A model generated the notes under the pieces. It did not search any database and had not been told where the DNA came from. It saw only the letters and a list, made by a program, of their open reading frames with translations. A program made the translations under genes and the position numbers. From Clostridia bacterium (GTDB lineage Bacteria > Bacillota > Clostridia > TANB77 > CAG-508), in the NCBI GenBank assembly GCA_051891195.1, contig JBJFEZ010000016.1, forward strand, positions 1-56,555: DNA of 56,555 bases. The letters are read 5' to 3'. Shown piece after piece: positions 20,901 to 27,365 of this stretch. Positions within the stretch are counted from its first letter, which is position 1; each line of letters begins with the position of its first letter.

Positions 20901-22305
20901 CTTTGTCTCCTGTATTTACTTTTAATGCATCTTTTGGGTGTGTATATGTTGCTGTATATTCTAGTTGTCCGTTTCTGTCAAAAGTTCCATTTATTAGTGT
21001 TTGTGTATTAACATCTGGAACTCTTGTATTTGTTGGCGCTACTCCATTTATTGATGTTATGAATTTTCTTAATGCCAAGTCAAATTCAGGAGTTGCATAA
21101 TCATTTGCTATTTCATCTGTATAAGTTTTCTTTTCTTTTTTTAAAATTACAACTGGTTGATCATTTGTAGTAGGATTTTCTACTGACCAATAAGTAGTAG
21201 TAGTTTTATAATAATTTCCACTAATTTCTAATTTTATACTAGAAGTGTCTGTGCTCTCTGGAATAGAAATATAGAATTGTTGTCCTATTAAATCTTTTAA
21301 TGTAGTTGTGCTTTCAACTGGTTGTTTACTATTGTTTAATAATATTACATCTGTTATGTTGCTTCCATTTCCATCAGTAACTGTTAGGTTTATATTATAT
21401 TCTATACTTTTTAGTTGCTCTAATTGATATGGTCCTATTATTTTTCTATTATTTACTGTGTCTACTGTTGGTTGTGTTGTTTTTAAGAATTGTACTGGTT
21501 TTGTGTTATCGTCAGATTTTATTGGTTGATATTGAAAGCCTGATTTTTGTGGTGTTTCTACTAAGTAATTAAATAATGCTTGACAAGCGTTAGCTCTATC
21601 TAATCCACCTGTATAAGTACTTAATGCATCATAGTTTGCATCTGTACCGCTAATGCTATTTATATAAAATTCAAAATAAGTTTCTACGTGATATGGGTCT
21701 CCTGAATCATTTGTATAGTGCCAAACTGCTAATTGTTGTACAGCATCTATATCATCATCAGTCAAACAACTAAAGTCAAAGCTTGAATTAATATTTGGGT
21801 CTCCTTCTTCAATGGCATATGCTTTAACTCTGTCTAATAAATCGTTTTTATATTCTTCTGCCTCTTGTTGTGCTTGTGTAGAAGCATTTATTTTTGCTGG
21901 TACATAGCAATTATCTAAAATCCATAATAGTGCCTTATAATTGCTTCCAGTTACGCTAGGTAAAGCGGTTTGATAAGTTTGAGGTATATTGTCTGGATCT
22001 TTAAGATCAAAGTATCTTGTATATGTAGTTGCCACAGGAGCTCCTGCTGTTGCAATATCTCCAGAGCCAAATCCTGGTCCACCTTTTAAGCAGTATATAG
22101 TGTCATCTGCATTTCCTCCTACCTCGTAAATTTTCCATATGTTTTTATTTGTATTTCCTAGTTTATATCCATAACCTGAATTTCTTAGCATTTTTAAGTT
22201 TAAAACCAAATTACCTTGACTTGCTTGAACGTTTCCAAATAAGCTAGTAATTGTTATTGCTAAGAATAATATTAGTATAAACATTGTTCCTTTTCTTAAT
22301 TTCAT
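17917..22305 (-). CDS. Thioester-domain (TED) surface adhesin with five DUF11-like repeats and a C-terminal membrane anchor
   Basis: Signal peptide. Cys72 lies in TIYCLKGG and Gln191 in VQQLAVW (TQxA[IV]W-type). Five ~200-230-aa modules each begin FDL(A/S)L(R/K)K(F/W) and end in an acidic DDDDFE linker. C-terminal hydrophobic helix plus KKFVI. Confidence 0.8.
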   Translation of the reverse strand: MKLRKGTMFILILFLAITITSLFGNVQASQGNLVLNLKMLRNSGYGYKLGNTNKNIWKIYEVGGNADDTIYCLKGGPGFGSGDIATAGAPVATTYTRYFDLKDPDNIPQTYQTALPSVTGSNYKALLWILDNCYVPAKINASTQAQQEAEEYKNDLLDRVKAYAIEEGDPNINSSFDFSCLTDDDIDAVQQLAVWHYTNDSGDPYHVETYFEFYINSISGTDANYDALSTYTGGLDRANACQALFNYLVETPQKSGFQYQPIKSDDNTKPVQFLKTTQPTVDTVNNRKIIGPYQLEQLKSIEYNINLTVTDGNGSNITDVILLNNSKQPVESTTTLKDLIGQQFYISIPESTDTSSIKLEISGNYYKTTTTYWSVENPTTNDQPVVILKKEKKTYTDEIANDYATPEFDLALRKFITSINGVAPTNTRVPDVNTQTLINGTFDRNGQLEYTATYTHPKDALKVNTGDKVVYTIRIYNEGEIDGTATQITDYLPSGLEFVSTSESTINQTYGWSNPSGDGKTIVTSYLANELITAFDGQNLQYKDVQIECKVIAKVGDANIDLKNIAEITAHKDKNGNTTVIDRDSTPENVVTNNYGTTSQEDDDDFENLVLQIFDLSLRKFITSINGVSPTNTRVPNVNTQTLINGTFDRNGQLEHTATYTHPKDALIVKTGDKVIYTIRIYNEGEVDGTATQITDYLPSGLECVPASESTINQTYGWSNPSGDGKTIVTSYLANELITAFNGQNLQYKDVQIECKVVAEAGDTNINLKNIAEITAHKDKNGNTTIVDRDSVPGNVVTNNYGTTSQEDDDDFEILVLNKQEKKYFDLSLRKFIISVSNNKGTKNYNRAPKVEVTPLINGETTATYNHSKTPVNVTNGDIVTYTIRVYNEGQLDGYVTEITDHLPPQLEFIVDDELNARYGWSVVSKDGRTVTTDITSPKTASSANRDAIYESRTNETDKVLLKAFNGSTLDYIDVQIRCKVKQNINLYEKITNIAEITGFTDSQGNNITDRDSKESNVVLPTDESLPTYKDTEIERGDQYIPGQQDDDDFEKLVLQIFDLSLRKFITGVNEKEITSRAPVFNKTENNEYEYIHPKDPVDVANGNTVIYTLRIFNEGNVAGYASEVKDNLPEGLEFLPEHPVNTAFKWKMYKEDGTETTDVKEASYIKTQYLSKDNESVEGNNLIDAFNPETMTMPDYKDLKVAFKVTEPNTSDRIIINTAEITDDTDKEGDPIDDVDSEPDNNDPDEDDIDIEKIKVKYFDLSLKKWVTASIVTYDGKTTVTETGHTGDENPEPPAKVEIRGSRISKTTVKFRFNIKVTNEGEIAGYVKELIDYVPEGLKFVAEDNPMWREEDGKVLTDQLKDVLIEPGQSETVEIVLTWINNKNNMGLKTNWAEIYEDDNEYDSPDIDSTPGNDVKGEDDIDDAPVILSVVTGSAPTYITLALASIAILASGVILIKKFVI
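19834..21084 (-). repeat. Two tandem near-identical ~620-630-bp coding repeats inside the adhesin
   Basis: Modules starting at 21084 and 20466 (618-bp period) encode about 90% identical sequences (FDLALRKFITSINGVAPTNTRVP... and FDLSLRKFITSINGVSPTNTRVP...). Confidence 0.85.
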
Positions 22306-22344
22306 AATATTTACCCTTCCTTTTTTATTCTTTACCTTATTTAT

Positions 22345-22373
22345 ATTTTACTTTTGTTTTAAAACTATGTCAA
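22345..22373 (-). promoter_or_regulatory. Sigma-A-type promoter of the adhesin gene
   Basis: On the minus strand, TTGACA-17 nt-TAAAAT, about 40 nt upstream of the ATG at 22305. Confidence 0.5.
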
Positions 22374-22458
22374 TAGTAGTATTTTCCTGTTTTTCCGTGT
22401 TTTTTTTAATAGGCTTTTTTGGCTTTACGGATATAGCCTTTTTATAATTTTAACCTAC

Positions 22459-22477
22459 ATATTACAATTATATTACA
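22459..22477 (+). promoter_or_regulatory. Two ATATTACA octamers spaced 11 bp (TGTAATAT on the gene strand)
   Basis: ATATTACA at 22459-22466 and 22470-22477, about 90 bp upstream of the adhesin -35 box. Confidence 0.3.
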
Positions 22478-22737
22478 TTTTTGCAACATTTTCAAGGTTT
22501 TGCGTGGATTTATTTGCTATTTTTTGGATTTCCCTAAGGTTTGAGCGTTTTGTTTTCATAATATTGAAGTTGGTAGTATATTTTATAAAGAAGAAAGTAA
22601 TTTTGCTTAGTAAGTCTCTAAAGCATCAGTGGAGTACATACTACTTGCTTTGCTCGTGCAGGCTAAGCTAACTTAGCCTTGTTATACACGGAAAAATCTT
22701 ATTTATAGTCAATATAAAATTTGCTTTTTTCTATATA

Positions 22738-22780
22738 ATAAAAAATGAGAAAACATTGGTATTTCAACGTTTTCTCATTT
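22738..22780 (-). terminator. Intrinsic terminator after the tRNA pair
   Basis: 10-bp stem atgagaaaac / gttttctcat, followed by a U-run on the minus strand. Confidence 0.65.
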
Positions 22781-22786
22781 TTTATT

Positions 22787-22860
22787 TGGAGGCGCCACCC
22801 GGATTTGAACCGGGGATCAGAGTTTTGCAGACTCGTGCCTTACCACTTGGCTATAGCGCC
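22787..22860 (-). tRNA. tRNA-Cys (GCA)
   Basis: The reverse complement folds as a cloverleaf: acceptor GGCGCTA/TGGCGCC, anticodon loop CTGCAAA, T arm CCCGG-TTCAAAT-CCGGG, encoded CCA. Confidence 0.9.
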
Positions 22861-22881
22861 GAATATACTATTTGAAAAAAA

Positions 22882-22957
22882 TGGAGCGGGAAACGGGGCT
22901 CAAACCCGCGACCTCTGCCTTGGCAAGGCAGCGCTCTATCAACTGAGCTATTCCCGC
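22882..22957 (-). tRNA. tRNA-Gly (GCC)
   Basis: Acceptor GCGGGAA/TTCCCGC, anticodon stem CTGCC/GGCAG with a normal 7-nt loop TTGCCAA, encoded CCA. Confidence 0.9.
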
Positions 22958-22985
22958 ATATGCTTTTAATTTTTAAAGCATATTT

Positions 22986-23014
22986 ATAATAGCAAATTTT
23001 TTTATAAAAGTCAA
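22986..23014 (-). promoter_or_regulatory. Candidate promoter for the tRNA-Gly/tRNA-Cys operon
   Basis: On the minus strand, TTGACT-17 nt-TATTAT, overlapping the stop of the upstream carboxypeptidase gene. Confidence 0.4.
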
Positions 23015-24276
23015 GGTACTAATGATAAAAATTCTATAAAATAATCTAATATTTGCTTTTTTTCTATTTTTTGAGTATTTATAATGTTTAATGTTGCTAT
23101 TGTTTTATTGTCTATCTTTATTTTTGCACTTCCTATTATTTGTTTTTCTTCTACTGGTGCCTCTAAATAGTATAGTGAGTTTATTTCTATTTTTAAATTA
23201 TCAATTTTATTATTTTCTACTGCCATTTTTGGGTATTTTAGTTCTTCTATTTCTAATTGTATGCTATTAATTTTACTTTTATTAATGTATATTCTTTTTT
23301 GATTTAATTGTTTCCAATTTTCAAATTGTTCATTTATTTTTTCTTGAATATTAATTACTTTATAATTTTTATATGCATATTCAATTAATTGTATGCTATC
23401 TAATGTTCTTATTTTTTTTGTATCTGCTCCTAACACTACTGTAATAATGTCTAGGTCTCCTCTTTTGCATGATGTTACTAAACATCTACCTGCTCCATTT
23501 GTAAAACCTGTTTTTATACCATAAACTCCATTTAAATTTCCTAATAATTCATTAGTATTTGATATTAACTTTGCTTTTCCGTTTATTGTTACATTATAAT
23601 TTTTACATCCTACTATTTCTCTAAATTTTGGTATATTTAGAGCATAATCTGCCATACACGCAAGTTCATATGCTGTTGTATAGTGCTGACTTTGGTCTAA
23701 CCCATGTGGTGTTATAAAGTGGCTGTTTATTAGTCCCATTTCTGCTGCTTTTTTATTCATAAGTTCTGCAAAGCCTTCTATACTTCCGCCTATATAATTA
23801 GCTAAAGCTACTGCTGCATCATTTCCCGACTTTAGCATTAGCCCGTATAGCAAGTCATGTACTGTAATTTTGTCGTTTGTTTTTAAACCTAGCCTTGAGC
23901 CTCCAGTTCCTGCTGCTTTTTTGTCTATTGTTACTATGTCACTTAATTTTGCATTTTCTAAAACTACTATTGCTGTCATTATTTTAGTTGTGCTTGCCAT
24001 TGGAACTTGTTTTTGTGCATTTTTTTCATATAGTATAGTTTTAGAATTTCTATCAAATATTAGTCCTATTCTTGCATTTAGTTTTGGTTCTTCAGTAGCA
24101 TTTGCAACGGTTTGAACAGCTTCTTGTTTTATTGTATCTACATCTATAATCTCATCATCATATATATATGCGTATGATATGTTTGATATTAATATAATTA
24201 AGATTATTGTTATACTTATTTTTAAAAGAATTAAATGGTGTAGTTTGTTTGTGTTAATTTTCATATAAAAAATCAC
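23011..24276 (-). CDS. D-alanyl-D-alanine carboxypeptidase (S11 penicillin-binding protein, DacB/DacF-like)
   Basis: Signal/TM segment, SxxK (ASTTKIMT), SxN (SGND) and KTG (KTGFT) motifs, and a C-terminal beta domain. Confidence 0.85.
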   Translation of the reverse strand: MIFYMKINTNKLHHLILLKISITIILIILISNISYAYIYDDEIIDVDTIKQEAVQTVANATEEPKLNARIGLIFDRNSKTILYEKNAQKQVPMASTTKIMTAIVVLENAKLSDIVTIDKKAAGTGGSRLGLKTNDKITVHDLLYGLMLKSGNDAAVALANYIGGSIEGFAELMNKKAAEMGLINSHFITPHGLDQSQHYTTAYELACMADYALNIPKFREIVGCKNYNVTINGKAKLISNTNELLGNLNGVYGIKTGFTNGAGRCLVTSCKRGDLDIITVVLGADTKKIRTLDSIQLIEYAYKNYKVINIQEKINEQFENWKQLNQKRIYINKSKINSIQLEIEELKYPKMAVENNKIDNLKIEINSLYYLEAPVEEKQIIGSAKIKIDNKTIATLNIINTQKIEKKQILDYFIEFLSLVP

Positions 24277-24320
24277 CTTTTATATTATATTGGTAAAGGT
24301 GATTTTTATGAATATTTTAT

Positions 24321-25647
24321 TTATATTTGTCTTTCATTTGAGCCTATATATTCTTCTTCTATTTCTTCGTGTACATTTTCAATAACTTCATCAGGTGTTT
24401 TTCCGCTATTTTGTTCATATTTTGCTAAAAACTCCTCTGGACTTACTTTTGCTTTAGCAGCTTCTTTTCTTATAGTAGTTTTTGTTCCATCTTCTAGCAC
24501 TATTATATCATCTACTGTTAAATTGTCATTATATGCCACATCATCTATATTTTCAATTTGAGTTTCTCCGTCTCTTGAAAGCTCTGGGTTGGCTCTTTTT
24601 TGTTCGTCAGATAAACTAGTATTTTTGGTTTTGTCCATAAACTCTCTTACTTCTTTTGTTGTAGGTTTTATGCTTTGTGTTTCTATTGGTGCTGAAAAAT
24701 ATCTATTTGATTTATCTGCGCTTAAGTCTGCTCTTACATAATCAACTTCTAATATTCCGTATTGTCCAACTTTTAAAGATAAAAATTCCTCTTGTCCGTT
24801 TGTAACTCCTCTATTTAATCTAACCATTCCAGCAACTTGTTCTTGTTCTACAACACTTCCATCTCTACTGTTTATAGAAGTAACTGTTTGCCCTGTAGTA
24901 CTTCCTTCTATGTTTTGTAAGCCATCTATTAATTCTATATCTCCGTCTTGTGTAATACCTACAAATGAGAACCTTCCACTTCCTCCTTTTACTTTTTCTG
25001 AATAAACTACGCCTATTTTAACAAAGCCTTTTTGCTTTACTTCTGGTATCATATCAGCTAAAGTTTCAGTTTGAGTTACTTTAACATTTGGGTCTATTTC
25101 TTGCTTATTAGTAATTTTGTCAAACACATTTTGTTTACTTTCTATTTCGGAATAACTTTTTACTTCTTCGTCTTCTTTTAGCTCTTCTATATCTTCAAGT
25201 GTGCTTTTGCCTTTATTTTTATCTTTTTCTTTCTCCTTTTCTATTTGTTCAGAGTCTAAACATAAGTCTTGTTCTTCTAGTTCTTCTGGCAGTTCAAATT
25301 CTGCATCTTCTAATTTTAATGTTTCAAAATATTTTTCATCTATTTCTTTTAGAGCTTCTAGGTATTCTGGTGAAAAATGGATTTTTCCGTTTACATCAAC
25401 TGTTGCAATTAGTTCCCCGTATTCGTTATATATTTCATAAAGTTCTTTTTGGTCTTTTCCTTCTCCGACTTCTAGTTTAACTACAAATAAGTTTCTATCC
25501 ATTAAACCTACTGAATTAAAGCTAAATTCATTAAAATATGTTATATTTGAAATTTTTGTATTTTGATCTATATCTTCTCTTTCTCCGAATTTTAGAATAT
25601 ATGTCTACCATTGTTTTGGTTATATTATTTTCTTCATTATTTTCCAT
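24321..25647 (-). CDS. Acidic hypothetical protein (441 aa after one +1 shift at CGG)
   Basis: ATG at 25647 follows a GGAGTGG RBS. Twenty codons later there is an in-frame CGG, and the +1 frame runs straight into ORF 24321-25502. Confidence 0.55.
25585..25587 (-). other. In-frame CGG recoding site (att CGG a)
   Basis: The 0 frame stops after 16 more codons. The +1 frame (GGA GAA AGA...) stays open to 24321. Confidence 0.55.
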
Positions 25648-25758
25648 AAATAACCACTCCTTCTTTTTTATTATATCATAAATATAACAAATAAACTACA
25701 TAAATGCCTAAAAAACAGTGTGATTTAATAAAATATTGTTACTATTTGCACATTGTGA

Positions 25759-25915
25759 AGACTATAAATATGTTAGTTTAGAGCATACAAGTGGTTCGAA
25801 GAATGACAAGTTAAAAAAAGTAAGCCAATTTTACACTGTAATAGAACTGCGTAAAATTGGCTTACTTTTTCTTGCGTAGTAATGTTATGCGAATAAACTA
25901 ACAAATTTATAGTCT
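25759..25915. other. GC-enriched rod-like palindromic element A (157 nt)
   Basis: Outer stem agactataaat..gttagttta / taaactaac..atttatagtct. Inner perfect 20-22-bp hairpin at 25813-25834 / 25851-25870, flanked by A- and T-runs. Internal motifs CAAGTGG, GACAAGTT and CTTGCGTAGT. Confidence 0.4.
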
Positions 25916-25993
25916 TATATACTAGTAGTCTTTAAATTGTAACTTCTTTATGGTTCTCTTATTTTCTATAAACTATCTGTAGTTTTCTAAAAT

Positions 25994-27347
25994 CTATACT
26001 CCAAATGACATTACAAAATCTGTTCCTTCTTTTAGCTTCATTACAAATGTTTTAGTAATTTCATTTAATCCGCTTTTAGAGCCATCTGTTATTGTTATAT
26101 CATATGTGTATATTTCTCCTTGTTTTTGTCCATTACTTGCAGAAAATTTATTTTCTGTAAAGAAGTTTGCTTTTACATATTTTTCAAAGTCTGCTAGTGT
26201 TTTAAAATAGTTATTTTTGTATGTTTCGTCTAATTTATTGTACATATAGGCATAGTCTTGGTTGTTTATTGCTTCAAGACACTTTTGTATATTTATAAGT
26301 ATTTTCTTTTCATCTGTTGAAGCATTATATTTTTCAACAAATTCTGGTAAGTCTATGGTGTAAGTGTCTAGTATTACAGTATAATCCATTACTGAATTTT
26401 CTCTAAAAATATAGTAGTTGTCGTTTTGATCCATACAAACGTACTGAGTATAATTATCACTTACTGTTTTTTGATATTTTTTTACACTCATAATTATATG
26501 TTTTTTTATGTTGTTTTTTGCAAAGGTTTGAAAGTTTTCTAATGTTCCAAATCTTTTAGTTCTATATTCTTCATCTAAATTTTCAAAAGCTTCTTTTTGA
26601 TTATATATTACTTCTTCTCTATATTTTTCAAATAAATCTACTATATATGTTTCATCAGATACAATGTTATATTGGTATGTATTGCTAGTATTTGCTTCTA
26701 CTTTTTCTGGTACAGTTTCATTTAAAGCATCTCCAATTTTGAAGTTTGGATATTTTTTGTCTATATAGTCTTGCAAATATACAGTAAATGTTTTATTTAA
26801 TGCATCCACTTTTAGCATTACTTTAAAGTTAGATAATTTATCTGTTTTTATTTCTCTTATTGTACCTTGTGCTATATATAAATTAACACTATTAGATTTT
26901 TGGCTAACATATATTTCTTCAACATTTATATCTATTTTTTCGGTTTTGCCTAACTTGCTTTCTAGATTTTCTTTAGTTATGTTATTAAAAGTAATATATT
27001 CTTGGTCTAGCATATTATATACAGATTCTATTGCTGCTTTCTTTTGTTGCTTCATACTAGCTTCGGCTTCTTCGTCTATAATATACATATCATCATATAA
27101 GTTAAATATAGTTTCATAAAATTTATAAAATTTTTCTACACAGCCTTTTATTGTATAAAATTGATTCCTTTGAGTTACTTTTTGCAGAGTTTCTTCTAGA
27201 GGATTAACTACTGCTCCCTCATCTTCTGTAATATTTCCTGGACCGTTTTTTATTATTCATAAGTAATAGTAATATTACTATTATTATCATTATTACTAAT
27301 ATTATCATTATACTTAATAATATAATACTTTTCTTTGATTTTACCAT
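25994..27347 (-). CDS. N-terminally membrane-anchored hypothetical protein (450 aa after one +1 shift); possible VirB8/TcpC-type component
   Basis: ATG at 27347 with AAAGGAGA RBS, a TM helix, then an in-frame CGG at codon 35. The +1 frame joins ORF 25994-27088. Confidence 0.55.
27243..27245 (-). other. In-frame CGG recoding site (aaa CGG t)
   Basis: The 0 frame stops 8 codons later. The +1 frame reads GGT CCA GGA... and continues for 415 codons. Confidence 0.55.
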
Positions 27348-27365
27348 TTTTTCTCCTTTAAATTT

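Noticed and set aside
22882-22957. tRNA-Gly in the window as the putative quadruplet decoder
   Set aside because: Its anticodon loop is a normal 7-nt TTGCCAA (anticodon GCC). Nothing suggests 4-base reading of CGGN.
22745-22969. Plus-strand 74-aa ORF
   Set aside because: It reads antisense through the two tRNA genes, has no RBS, and is an artefact.
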